NCBI GenBank assembly: GCA_965243205.1
Contig: CBDEUK010000002.1
Coordinates: forward strand, 2,016,001-2,080,000
DNA from: Gammaproteobacteria bacterium
GTDB lineage: Bacteria > Pseudomonadota > Gammaproteobacteria > Eutrophobiales > Eutrophobiaceae
Direction: 5' to 3'
DNA: 64,000 bases
The notes beneath the pieces were generated by a model, which was given only the letters and a program-made list of their open reading frames with translations, did not search any database and was not told the DNA's origin. Below are positions 42,367 to 52,944 of this stretch, in pieces (positions within the stretch are counted from its first letter, which is position 1; each line of letters opens with the position of its first letter). The translations under genes were made by a program, and so were the position numbers.

Positions 42367-42990
42367 TTAATCATTTTTGTTTGTTTGCCAAATAGCAAAT
42401 GTAATAGAGACTATGGCGCCTATGATAGATAATAACCAGATGCCGCCAGAATCACAGATTACTCCCCAATGATAGATATAGGAAAAAACATAATCTTTAT
42501 TATTGCTTGCTGCACTAGATGCAAGATGGCGTTCAAGCCAGGCGATACCTTGAAAAGGTATTGTAGCGAGTAAAATAATTAATAAATTTATTAAGCCAGA
42601 GGCAACCATTACAATGGATTGTTTAAATGATTTTAAAGGCCAAGCAAGTATTAAGCTAAAAAGAATAACTAAAGGTACCAGCATATTAACATCATTACGA
42701 TAAGTGCTAACTGATAGCCCTTCTTTAATTAATATTGAGTCGCCTAGAGTTATATCTTTAAGAGTTGTAAATGACATTATAATAAATTCTTCTGTTCCTT
42801 TGAGCCCTGAACGCATATTTACTGAATATCCGTCAGTAAATATCTCAGCAATCACACAAAAAAAATACATAAATGGTTTTAAAAGCTCATCGCCATAAAA
42901 AATCACTAATAAAGTAAGCGTTAACCAAATGACTAGAGCTTTTATGAAAAAAACCTGTATTGCTTTAGTGTTTAACTTTGAAATGTCCAT
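42367..42990 (-). CDS. Exosortase-associated multi-TM membrane protein
   Basis: Four hydrophobic segments, PLVILFSLILAWP; overlaps the exosortase gene. Confidence 0.6.
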   Translation of the reverse strand: MDISKLNTKAIQVFFIKALVIWLTLTLLVIFYGDELLKPFMYFFCVIAEIFTDGYSVNMRSGLKGTEEFIIMSFTTLKDITLGDSILIKEGLSVSTYRNDVNMLVPLVILFSLILAWPLKSFKQSIVMVASGLINLLIILLATIPFQGIAWLERHLASSAASNNKDYVFSYIYHWGVICDSGGIWLLSIIGAIVSITFAIWQTNKND

Positions 42991-43483
42991 GAGACCAATT
43001 AGCCCAGGCTATAAAAGCCATGCTTGTAAGTAAAATGATTATTGAAGGAGCAATTAAAGAATGGAACTCAACAAAATATTGTTTGTAATGTGACACTATG
43101 TAATAAATAAAAATAATTCGTATCGTATTGACGATATAAACAAATAATATCCCAGAAATTATCCCTACGAACTTATTTTTTAATGAAGTATTAAACGCTA
43201 GGATAGCCGCTATTAATAAAAATAATACCCCTGAACCATCACAACCTCTTACTATTTGTAAATTTGCAGTTCTTGATTGAATGAAACTATTTCTTGCGAC
43301 TACGGATGAATCGCCGTTAAAAAAATTTATGATAGCCGTACAAGGCTCAGTAATTAATAATGGGTATAAAGTGTTATTTAAATAATCTATTGGCACTAGA
43401 AAGTATAAGCCTTCAAATACAGCGAATAGTATTATAAATAAAATAACAAATCGATTAGCTGACTGATTACTTTGTTCATCCAT
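42965..43483 (-). CDS. Exosortase/archaeosortase family protein (XrtM/XrtH-like)
   Basis: Cys in IVRGCDG, Arg in NTIRI, His in EFHS, in a short TM-rich protein. Confidence 0.8.
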   Translation of the reverse strand: MDEQSNQSANRFVILFIILFAVFEGLYFLVPIDYLNNTLYPLLITEPCTAIINFFNGDSSVVARNSFIQSRTANLQIVRGCDGSGVLFLLIAAILAFNTSLKNKFVGIISGILFVYIVNTIRIIFIYYIVSHYKQYFVEFHSLIAPSIIILLTSMAFIAWANWSHGHFKVKH

Positions 43484-43636
43484 AGTTTTAATTCTATTAC
43501 ATAATTAATTGATATTACTCTTCTATAGTTTAACAATTTATGTGTCAATGGGAAAACAGGCTGAGCTTCTGCTAGATTATCTTGATTAATCAAGCTAGGA
43601 TTTAGTAAAAACTCAATACTGCTTTAGAGAAAAGAT

Positions 43637-44812
43637 ATGTTTAATGGTTTCCTGACATTGCCTTGGTGGTCATATATTTTAATTACTTTGGTTTTTACGC
43701 ACATAACCATTGTCTCAGTTACGTTATTTTTGCATCGAGCACAAGCCCATCGAGCCATTTCAATTCACCCTTTGGCTTCGCATTTCATGCGTTTTTGGTT
43801 ATGGTTAACCACGGGTATTAATACCAAGGAATGGGTTGCAGTGCATCGTAAACATCATGCAAAAGTAGAATTAGAAGAAGATCCTCACAGCCCTCAAGTA
43901 TACGGCATTAATAAAGTGCTCTGGGATGGTGTCGAACTATATAGAGCTGAAACATTACAACAACAAACTTTAGATGAATATGGCCATGGAACACCTGAAG
44001 ATTGGTTGGAAAAGAATCTTTATGCACGTCATACATGGACAGGTATTGTTTCTATGTTATTGATTAATTTTTTGTTGTTTGGATTTATTGGAATTTCTAT
44101 TTGGGCTATTCAAATGTTGTGGATACCATTATTCGCAGCCGGCGTTATAAATGGGCTCGGTCATTATTTTGGTTATCGAAATTTCGATTCACCTGATGCT
44201 TCGACCAATATTATTCCCATTGGTATTTTAATTGGTGGCGAAGAAATGCATAACAACCATCATGCCTTTGCTAGCTCAGCTCGTTTTTCAATTAAATGGT
44301 GGGAGTTCGATATTGGATGGCTTTATATCCAAGTACTATCTTTGTTGAAATTGGTAGAGATAAAGAAAGTTGCGCCTAGGCCAAAGATCAACCTTTATAA
44401 ACAAGCCGTTGATACAGACACAGTCAGAGCAGTGATTAATAACCGTATGCATGTGATGTCAGATTATGCAAAACGTGTTGTTAGTCAGGTTTATAAAGAA
44501 GAACATTCTAAAGCTAAGCCTGAAGCTAAGCCTATACTTAATCGTTTAAAACATATGTTAAATATGCCACAGATTTCGATCGATCCTTTGCACCATAAAC
44601 ATCTGCAAGAATTATTAGAAAATAATGAATCACTAAAAATAGTGTATGAATTTCGCCAAAGACTACAAAAAATCTGGTTAGAGAAAACTGCAAGTTATGA
44701 CAATTTAATGCATGATTTACAAGAGTGGTGCAAACAAGCAGAGCAAAGTGGTATTAAAGCGCTTGAAGATTTTGCACAGAACTTACGTGCATATACTTTA
44801 GTGACAACCTAA
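43637..44812 (+). CDS. Delta-9 acyl-lipid/acyl-CoA desaturase (DesA-like)
   Basis: His boxes HRAQAH, HRKHH, HNNHH; WWEFDIGW. Confidence 0.9.
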   Translation: MFNGFLTLPWWSYILITLVFTHITIVSVTLFLHRAQAHRAISIHPLASHFMRFWLWLTTGINTKEWVAVHRKHHAKVELEEDPHSPQVYGINKVLWDGVELYRAETLQQQTLDEYGHGTPEDWLEKNLYARHTWTGIVSMLLINFLLFGFIGISIWAIQMLWIPLFAAGVINGLGHYFGYRNFDSPDASTNIIPIGILIGGEEMHNNHHAFASSARFSIKWWEFDIGWLYIQVLSLLKLVEIKKVAPRPKINLYKQAVDTDTVRAVINNRMHVMSDYAKRVVSQVYKEEHSKAKPEAKPILNRLKHMLNMPQISIDPLHHKHLQELLENNESLKIVYEFRQRLQKIWLEKTASYDNLMHDLQEWCKQAEQSGIKALEDFAQNLRAYTLVTT

Positions 44813-44839
44813 TTCTTTATATTCAACAAGGGGATAATT

Positions 44840-45043
44840 ATGACTGTAGCAAGAGTTACTGAAATTTCTTCATCATCCAAGAAAAGTTTTGATGATGCGA
44901 TGGCCTCAGGTATAAAGCGAGCTGATAAGACTATCAGAAACATCACTTCAGCATGGGTCAAAGATCAAGAAGTTATCGTGAAGAAAGGTAAAATTACTGA
45001 GTATCGAGTTAAGATGAAGATCAGTTTTATTTTAGACGATTAA
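44840..45043 (+). CDS. Dodecin family protein
   Basis: SFDDA...A.KT.RNI..AWV...YRV.MKISF; RBS AAGGGG. Confidence 0.85.
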   Translation: MTVARVTEISSSSKKSFDDAMASGIKRADKTIRNITSAWVKDQEVIVKKGKITEYRVKMKISFILDD

Positions 45044-45054
45044 ATTCTATTTCG

Positions 45055-45918
45055 TTATAGGCGGGCTGCAGAAAACGTATCACAAGTATTTACATCACCA
45101 CTTTCAAAGCCTGTTCTGAACCATCTAACACGTTGTTTTGAAGTGCCGTGGGTAAATGATTCAGGCACAACTCTGCCTTGAGCTTGTTGTTGTAATCGAT
45201 CATCTCCGATTGCCATTGCGGCATTCAAGGCTTCCTCTAAATCACCTCGTTCTAATACTTGTTTGCTTCTTTGAACTTGGTGTGCCCAAATTCCGGCTAA
45301 ACAATCAGCTTGCAGCTCTTGCATGACTGAAAGCTTATTGCCTTCCACTTTACTAACACGAGCACGTTGTGCGTGCACTTGTTTAGAAATTCCTAACAAG
45401 GTTTGGATATGGTGGCCAACTTCATGAGCAATGACATAAGCTTGTGCAAAGTCACCAGGCGCATTATGACGTTGCCTCAAGTCGCGATAAAAACTCAAAT
45501 CGATGTACATTTTTTGATCAGCTGGACAATAAAAAGGTCCCATTGCTGCTGATGCATTTCCACATGCAGATCGAACACCTCCTTTGAATAAAACCAGTTT
45601 TGGCTCGATGTATCGTTGTCCCATGCGTTGAAATTCTTGGTGCCAAACATCTTCTGTATCAGCAACAACGACAGATACAAAGTTTGCTAATTCTTGCTCA
45701 GCGGCAGTTGGTTTATATGGTTGGCTGGAAGGTGATGATGTTGGCCCTGTAGAACCACCCATTTGGTTGATGATTAGGCGTGGATCGACACCAAAATAAA
45801 GTGCTGCAAGTACCAATACAATCATGCCTAAGCCACCCGATTTCATCGGTGTGCCGCTCATACGTTGGCTACGTCTGTCTTCAATATTGCTACTGCGTCT
45901 TCGGTTACGCCATTTCAT
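45055..45918 (-). CDS. YpfJ-type neutral zinc metallopeptidase
   Basis: RRSSNIEDRR, GPFYCP, AHEVGHH, ELQADC, FTHGTS; ATG 45918 with GGAG RBS. Confidence 0.9.
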   Translation of the reverse strand: MKWRNRRRSSNIEDRRSQRMSGTPMKSGGLGMIVLVLAALYFGVDPRLIINQMGGSTGPTSSPSSQPYKPTAAEQELANFVSVVVADTEDVWHQEFQRMGQRYIEPKLVLFKGGVRSACGNASAAMGPFYCPADQKMYIDLSFYRDLRQRHNAPGDFAQAYVIAHEVGHHIQTLLGISKQVHAQRARVSKVEGNKLSVMQELQADCLAGIWAHQVQRSKQVLERGDLEEALNAAMAIGDDRLQQQAQGRVVPESFTHGTSKQRVRWFRTGFESGDVNTCDTFSAARL

Positions 45919-46004
45919 TATGGATTCTCCTCCAAGAATTATTTCTAAGACTACCAATAGTGATTATTGTTGAACAATAAAAATTTTTTATAAGAAGCTA
46001 GAGC

Positions 46005-46030
46005 AAAAAAAACCCGCTAAAAAGCGGGCT
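46005..46030 (-). terminator. Intrinsic terminator after rpmG
   Basis: Minus strand AGCCCGCT-TTTT-AGCGGG followed by a T run. Confidence 0.85.
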
Positions 46031-46054
46031 ATTGAATCTACTAAGAAGAATTAA

Positions 46055-46210
46055 TTATTTAATTTTACCTTCTTTATACATGACATGCTTGCGAACCACA
46101 GGATCAAATTTTTTGATTTCCATTTTTTCCGGCATGTTACGTTTGTTTTTGGTAGTGGTATAGAAATGACCAGTACCTGCAGAAGAATTTAAGCGAATTT
46201 TATCTCTCAT
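46055..46210 (-). CDS. rpmG: 50S ribosomal protein L33 (absent from ORF track)
   Basis: Hand translation [51 protein letters not shown]; AGGAG RBS. Confidence 0.97.
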   Translation of the reverse strand: MRDKIRLNSSAGTGHFYTTTKNKRNMPEKMEIKKFDPVVRKHVMYKEGKIK

Positions 46211-46225
46211 AATGTTCTCCTAACC

Positions 46226-46462
46226 TTATACTCTTTCACCGCGTGCGCGGATTTCTTCAATAACACTTTCAATGCCTTTCTTATCGATAATTTTAAGGCC
46301 TTTATTACTCACTCTTAGGCGAACCCAACGTTGTTCGTTTTCTAACCAAAAACGACGTGAATGTAGATTTGGTAAAAAACGGCGGCGAGTTTTATTATGT
46401 GCGTGAGACACATTATTTCCCGTCATAGGGCGTTTTCCTGTGACCTGACATACTCTTGACAT
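46226..46462 (-). CDS. rpmB: 50S ribosomal protein L28
   Basis: [21 protein letters not shown]...RRFLPNL. Confidence 0.97.
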   Translation of the reverse strand: MSRVCQVTGKRPMTGNNVSHAHNKTRRRFLPNLHSRRFWLENEQRWVRLRVSNKGLKIIDKKGIESVIEEIRARGERV

Positions 46463-46499
46463 GGTAATTCTCAAAGGTTCTATTCAAAAAAGAGCGCGG

Positions 46500-46528
46500 A
46501 TTGTACATGGATTAATCGGTGGATCCAA
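46500..46528 (-). promoter_or_regulatory. Sigma-70 promoter of rpmBG
   Basis: TTGGAT-N17-TACAAT followed by GC-rich discriminator CCGCGC. Confidence 0.6.
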
Positions 46529-46614
46529 GGATTTCTAGTGCAAATTCTTCATATTCATTTTAGCTAAAAATCAGTAAAATCGCGCCTCCAACATGTCAAC
46601 ATCTATAATTTTTT

Positions 46615-47337
46615 ATGAATCAACAAAATTTCCTGTCTAGTAAGCCGATTCCACCCTCTGAGCGCCTTATATTCGCTATGGATGTTCCCGATAGTGAAAG
46701 GGCTAAAGAGTTGGTAAAAATACTTGGCGACTCGGTGCAATTTTACAAAATTGGTTTGGAATTGTGTATGACTGGCGATTTTTTTGAGTTATTGCAGTGG
46801 TTACGAGAGCAAGATAAGAAAGTATTTGTCGATCTAAAGTTTTTTGATGTGCCACAAACCGTACAATCTGCTGTACGACAACTCAGCAAGCACGGTGCTA
46901 CATTTGCGACCATTCATGGAAATCAGGCGATTATGGAAGCTGCAGCTAAAGTTAAAGGTGATGTAAAAATACTCGCGGTAACGGCGCTTACGAGTCTCGA
47001 TCGAGGTGATTTAGATGATTTAGGTTTTGAATGCGATGTTGAAGATTTAGTACTTTCACGTGCAAAACGTTCGTTAGAATCAGGTTGTGATGGGGTGATT
47101 TCATCAGGCTTAGAGGCTCCAGCTCTGCGTGCACATATTGATCATAAGCTATTAGTGATTACCCCTGGAATTCGCCCAGTTGCGAATCAAGATGATCAAA
47201 AACGCGTAGTTAATGTTGAGCAGGCTTTTCGAAATGGTGCAGATTACATCGTAGTAGGCAGGCCAATACGTGATGCAGAAGATCCAAAGGCAATGGCCGA
47301 GCAAATTCAGCAAACGATTGCGAATATATTTAGCTAA
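46615..47337 (+). CDS. pyrF: Orotidine-5'-phosphate decarboxylase
   Basis: DLKFFDVP (DxKxxD), VTALTS, TPGIR, DDQKR, VVGRPI. Confidence 0.95.
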   Translation: MNQQNFLSSKPIPPSERLIFAMDVPDSERAKELVKILGDSVQFYKIGLELCMTGDFFELLQWLREQDKKVFVDLKFFDVPQTVQSAVRQLSKHGATFATIHGNQAIMEAAAKVKGDVKILAVTALTSLDRGDLDDLGFECDVEDLVLSRAKRSLESGCDGVISSGLEAPALRAHIDHKLLVITPGIRPVANQDDQKRVVNVEQAFRNGADYIVVGRPIRDAEDPKAMAEQIQQTIANIFS

Positions 47338-48017
47338 TCAATATCGATTAAGCCGAGTTCTGCCAAAGATTGGCAATGATCATCACCAACTATAATATGA
47401 TCGAGCACGCGTATATCGATTAATTCCAAAGATTTTACGAGTCGTTTAGTTATTTCAATATCAGAGTTACTTGGGTCACTGGCACCAGATGGATGATTAT
47501 GAGCGAATATTATTGCTGCTGAATTGAATGCTAATGCTTCTTTTACAACTTCCCTACAGTGCACAGAGGCTCCATTAATAGTTCCTCTAAATAGTTCTTT
47601 AAACTCAATGACGCGATTTTTATTATCTAAAAATAAACAAGCAAAGACTTCATAAGGATAAGGCTTCAATTTCATCGATATGTAATCTTGAGTGGCCTTG
47701 GTATTATTTAATGCATCTTCACGTTGAATTCCTGATTTTAAATATCGCCTACCGAGTTCCAAGGCAGCGTGAATTTGAATGTATTTTACAATGCCAACAC
47801 CTGGAATTTTACAAATATCTTCCTGATTAGCTTCAAGTAATGATTTCAAATCACCAAATTGATTGAGTAGGTTTCGAGCTAAATCAACTGCGGAGAGGCC
47901 ATTCACACCAGTACGTAAAAAAATAGCGAGTAATTCAGCATCGGAAAGGTTCTGTGATCCTTGGTTGAGTAATTTTTCTCTTGGTCGTTCGGATTCAGGC
48001 CATTCATGGATATTCAA
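47334..48017 (-). CDS. radC: RadC/YicR JAB-domain protein
   Basis: ERPREKL, LSDAELLAI, AHNHPSG, VLDH; TTG start. Confidence 0.92.
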   Translation of the reverse strand: MNIHEWPESERPREKLLNQGSQNLSDAELLAIFLRTGVNGLSAVDLARNLLNQFGDLKSLLEANQEDICKIPGVGIVKYIQIHAALELGRRYLKSGIQREDALNNTKATQDYISMKLKPYPYEVFACLFLDNKNRVIEFKELFRGTINGASVHCREVVKEALAFNSAAIIFAHNHPSGASDPSNSDIEITKRLVKSLELIDIRVLDHIIVGDDHCQSLAELGLIDID

Positions 48018-48163
48018 AGTTATTTCCTTATCTTAAAATTTTTGCAATTTTTTAAAACTAACAGTCATATAGAGATTTTAAATCCCTCAAATAGAGTAAC
48101 TTTTCTCTATATAAAATAATTACCAGGGTGTTATGTAGTTTTTTAGGATACAATAGCAAGCTT

Positions 48164-49420
48164 ATGAATAATCTAAATAAAAAACGCATTTTACTGGGTA
48201 TTACTGGAGGCATTGCAGCGTATAAAAGCTGCGATCTCGTCAGGCGTTTAATCGATTATGGGGCTGATGTCAGGGTTGTAATGACTGAATCAGCGAAAGA
48301 GTTTGTGACACCGCTAACTTTTCAAGCTTTATCTGGTAATCCTGTTCATCATTCTTTACTCGATGAATCTGCTGAGGCAGCAATGGGGCATATTGAATTA
48401 GCTCGTTGGGCAGATGTGGTATTAATTGCTCCTGCAACGGCTAATACTATTGCTAAATTATCTAATGGGGTTGCGGATGATTTACTCAGTACCGTCGTAT
48501 TAGCTAGTTCTGTTCCTGTTTTATTGGCACCAGCTATGAATCAGCAAATGTGGCGAGCTGAAGCGACGCAAGTTAATTTAGAAAAAGTACAAAGTTTATC
48601 GTATCAAATCTTAGGCCCTGCTTCAGGCAGTCAGGCCTGTGGTGATATAGGTCCGGGACGTATGCTGGAACCTCTGGAACTTTGTCAGGCAATTAATGAT
48701 CTTTTTTCTACGGGTTCATTGGCAGGTAAACAGGTATTGATCACGGCAGGCCCCACCAGAGAGGCAATTGACCCAGTTCGGTTCATTACAAATCGTAGTT
48801 CAGGAAAAATGGGTTATGCCATTGCCGAAGCTGCTATCGAAGCAGGAGCTACTGTTACTTTGGTTTCTGGGCCAACGGTTTTAGCTGCACCTGAAGTAGC
48901 AACTCTTGAATCTGTTGAGTCAACCGAAGATATGTTGAACGCTGTTATGAAGCACATTGAGAATGTTGATGTGTTTATTTCTACGGCTGCAGTGGCGGAT
49001 TATTCTGTAAATTTAAAGTCAGATCACAAAATTAAAAAATCTGATCAGGATTTAACCCTGACACTGGCTAAAACACCAGATATACTGGCATCGGTTGCAG
49101 GATTGCAGGTTCCTATTTTCACAGTCGGATTTGCAGCTGAAACCGAACAATTAGAACAATATGCCAAAGCTAAATTGATCAATAAACAGTTGGATATGAT
49201 TGCTGCGAATCTTGTTGGAAATGGTTTAGGTTTTGATAGTGATGAAAATGAATTACAAGTTTATTGGCATGGTGGCGAACAGTTGCTACCGAGAACAAAT
49301 AAAACCAGATTAGCTAGGCAACTGATTGAGTTGATTGCACAGAAATTGGAACAAAAAAACTCTGAATGGCCTAAAACAGAATCTGGTCATCAGGGTACAA
49401 ATTATAATAAATATCATTAA
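48164..49420 (+). CDS. coaBC: Bifunctional phosphopantothenoylcysteine decarboxylase/ligase
   Basis: GGIAAYK, HIELARW, PAMN, ACGDIGPGR, TAGPTRE, NRSSGKMG, GFAAET. Confidence 0.95.
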   Translation: MNNLNKKRILLGITGGIAAYKSCDLVRRLIDYGADVRVVMTESAKEFVTPLTFQALSGNPVHHSLLDESAEAAMGHIELARWADVVLIAPATANTIAKLSNGVADDLLSTVVLASSVPVLLAPAMNQQMWRAEATQVNLEKVQSLSYQILGPASGSQACGDIGPGRMLEPLELCQAINDLFSTGSLAGKQVLITAGPTREAIDPVRFITNRSSGKMGYAIAEAAIEAGATVTLVSGPTVLAAPEVATLESVESTEDMLNAVMKHIENVDVFISTAAVADYSVNLKSDHKIKKSDQDLTLTLAKTPDILASVAGLQVPIFTVGFAAETEQLEQYAKAKLINKQLDMIAANLVGNGLGFDSDENELQVYWHGGEQLLPRTNKTRLARQLIELIAQKLEQKNSEWPKTESGHQGTNYNKYH

Positions 49421-49461
49421 CCATCTTTAATTGGTAAATTCAAAGTGTTTATAAAGAGGAG

Positions 49462-51975
49462 ATGACTCTGATGGCAAAAGGTCCTGTCAAAGAAAAATTA
49501 TTAAAAAGACGGACTTTGCGTACCGCTGTTATTACTATAATAGCGGTTCTAGCATGTGTGGTTATCTTTTTTATTGCACAAAACATTCTTCAATCTAGTT
49601 CCAATATGGCTCAACAGGCGGCTGTTGAGTCGTCAACAACAATTGCAACTTCGATGAGTGATTTATTAACGCCTGCGATCAAAAAAATACAGGTTCAGTT
49701 AGCACAGTTGGCAAAGAATAATGAGATAGTTGTAGCATTTAAATCAGGTAATGAAGAACAAATAAAACAATCAGCATTAGAGAACGCTTCTAAATTTGCT
49801 GATGCATTAAAACTACGTTTTTTTAAACGTGGAAAATATGATTTGGATTATGAATCAAAACCTAACCTTGGTTTTGCATCGATCGACTTACTTAAAAAGG
49901 TTGAGGAATCTAAAGCACCTTCCAAAGTTGAAGTGCATAACCCAGGCTCAGAAGATGCTCATATTGTATTTGTTGAGCCTGTGCTAGAAGGACAGGAAGT
50001 CTTAGGTTTAATGCATTTAAGTATGCCTGCTTCTTTATATGAAGCAGTGGTGAAGGAATTTAAACTAGCGGAAGGATATGCTGAATTACAACAATCAGTT
50101 ATTGGTGGTACCGTTGATTTAAACTCCTTAGGTGATAAGCAATATAAAATTGGAACAGCAACAGCGACGGCAAAAGTATCAGGTACTCAATGGAAATTCG
50201 CGCATTGGTCATCGTCTCTTGCGAATAGTGGGAACTCATCGTTATTGTCATTGGTTGGTAGCTTGGTTCTATTGATTCTTGCCGGCCTAGCTGGTTGGTA
50301 TTATCTAGGTCGAGGCAAAGACGAAGATGATGCTAATTATTTTTATGATGAAGACGATGGGGTAATTTATCAAGGTGCTGTGAGAGCAATTATGGATGGT
50401 GCTCATCCGGGCGTTGAAAAATTAATTAGTAATTTACCCAGGGCTGGCCAGTCTCGCAGTATTAATCTACTTGATGAGGCTCAGGTAAAAGAAAAACCAG
50501 ATGTATCAAACTTACTAACAGAAGATACGTTTGATATAACCGAAGCTTCTGAAGAGCCAGAGCCAGTTCAAGAAGTAAAACCCGAAAAGAAGCCTGTTCA
50601 AGTTGATCCATCGATATTCCGTGCTTATGACATACGAGGCATTGTTGGGAATACACTGACGAAAGAAGTTGTCGAAGCGATTGGTAAAGCCATTGGTTCA
50701 GAAGCTAAGACAAGAGGTCAAGCAAGTATTGCTATTGGCCGCGATGGCAGGACTCATGGTCCAGAATTACAACAAGAGTTAGTCAATGGTATTGCCTCTA
50801 CAGGTGTGAACGTCATTAATGTGGGCATGGTTCCTACACCAGTATTATATTTTGCAACACATCATTTAGACGTCCACTCTGGAGTAATGTTGACAGGTAG
50901 TCATAACCCGCCTGATTATAACGGTATGAAGATTGTCTTAGGCGGGGATAGTTTATCTGGAGATGATATTCAAGGATTAAAAAATCGAATCATTGATAAT
51001 AATTTTGCAACAGGTGTTGGCGAAGTTTCAGAAGTTGATGTTAAAGCAGATTATATTCGACGTATCACAGATGATATTCCTGTTGCATTAGGTCGTTCTT
51101 TTAAAATTGTTGTTGATGCAGGTAACGGTGTTGCGGGTGAATTGTCTCCACAATTGTATCGAGCACTTGGTCATGAAGTTATTGATCAATATTGTGAAGT
51201 TGATGGTAATTTTCCTAATCATCATCCTGATCCTAGCCAGCCAGAAAATATTGCTGCGTTAATTCAACGTGTTAAAGATGAAAAGGCTGATTTAGGGTTT
51301 GCATTTGATGGTGATGGTGATCGACTAGGTATTGTTGATAGTTTAGGCAATGTGATATGGCCAGATCGTCAAATGATTTTATTAGCTGAAGATGTTTTAA
51401 GTCGAAATCCTGGAGCGCCTATTATTTATGATGTGAAATGTTCTCGTTATCTTACGGAAGCGATTGAAGCCGCTGGCGGTAAAGCGCTTATGTGGAAGAC
51501 TGGTCATTCCTTGATCAAAAAGAAAATGAAAGAAGTGGATTCACCGTTAGCAGGTGAGATGAGTGGACATATCTTTTTTAAAGAGCGTTGGTATGGTTTT
51601 GATGACGCGTTATATACAGGTGCACGTGTATTAGAGATATTGGTTAATAATGAATTAAGCCCTACTGAAGTCTTTGCTTTTATTCCTGAAGATGTTTCAA
51701 CACCTGAACTAAGAGCACGCCTAGATGAAATGGAACATGCTGGTTTTATGGAAGAGCTATTCAGTCAATCTAAATTCGATGGGGCTAATGTGGTGGATAT
51801 CGATGGGCTTAGAGCTGATTATCCAGATGGTTGGGGCTTAGTGCGACCATCAAATACATCGCCATATTTAGTGATGCGTTTTGAAGCGGAAGATGAAGAG
51901 GTTCTGCAACGTATTAAAACTGAATTTAAAGCAGCAATGTTAAAAGTAAAACCTGATTTGGAAATGCCATTTTAA
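49462..51975 (+). CDS. algC: Phosphomannomutase/phosphoglucomutase with long membrane-anchored N-terminal extension
   Basis: FRAYDIRG, TGSHNP, DGDGDR, GEMSGH in the C-terminal ~460 aa; two TM helices in the N-terminal part. Confidence 0.88.
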   Translation: MTLMAKGPVKEKLLKRRTLRTAVITIIAVLACVVIFFIAQNILQSSSNMAQQAAVESSTTIATSMSDLLTPAIKKIQVQLAQLAKNNEIVVAFKSGNEEQIKQSALENASKFADALKLRFFKRGKYDLDYESKPNLGFASIDLLKKVEESKAPSKVEVHNPGSEDAHIVFVEPVLEGQEVLGLMHLSMPASLYEAVVKEFKLAEGYAELQQSVIGGTVDLNSLGDKQYKIGTATATAKVSGTQWKFAHWSSSLANSGNSSLLSLVGSLVLLILAGLAGWYYLGRGKDEDDANYFYDEDDGVIYQGAVRAIMDGAHPGVEKLISNLPRAGQSRSINLLDEAQVKEKPDVSNLLTEDTFDITEASEEPEPVQEVKPEKKPVQVDPSIFRAYDIRGIVGNTLTKEVVEAIGKAIGSEAKTRGQASIAIGRDGRTHGPELQQELVNGIASTGVNVINVGMVPTPVLYFATHHLDVHSGVMLTGSHNPPDYNGMKIVLGGDSLSGDDIQGLKNRIIDNNFATGVGEVSEVDVKADYIRRITDDIPVALGRSFKIVVDAGNGVAGELSPQLYRALGHEVIDQYCEVDGNFPNHHPDPSQPENIAALIQRVKDEKADLGFAFDGDGDRLGIVDSLGNVIWPDRQMILLAEDVLSRNPGAPIIYDVKCSRYLTEAIEAAGGKALMWKTGHSLIKKKMKEVDSPLAGEMSGHIFFKERWYGFDDALYTGARVLEILVNNELSPTEVFAFIPEDVSTPELRARLDEMEHAGFMEELFSQSKFDGANVVDIDGLRADYPDGWGLVRPSNTSPYLVMRFEAEDEEVLQRIKTEFKAAMLKVKPDLEMPF

Positions 51976-52022
51976 TTTTATAATTCAAGTAACAATTTTT
52001 TCACAAACTAAATTCGTTTTAG

Positions 52023-52934
<912 letters not shown>

Positions 52935-52944
52935 GATAACATAC

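Noticed and set aside
43581-43594. FNR box
   Set aside because: Spacing is TTGAT-N2-ATCAA rather than N4
44511-44533. Direct repeat AAGCTAAGCCT within the desaturase gene
   Set aside because: Two copies encoding AKPEAKP; a simple in-frame micro-duplication
44400-44812. Desaturase C-terminal helical region as a transposase remnant
   Set aside because: In frame with the desaturase and typical of DesA-like proteins; no catalytic motifs or terminal repeats
47334-48017. radC as a marker of a mobile element
   Set aside because: Full-length chromosomal type in its usual place next to coaBC and near rpmB
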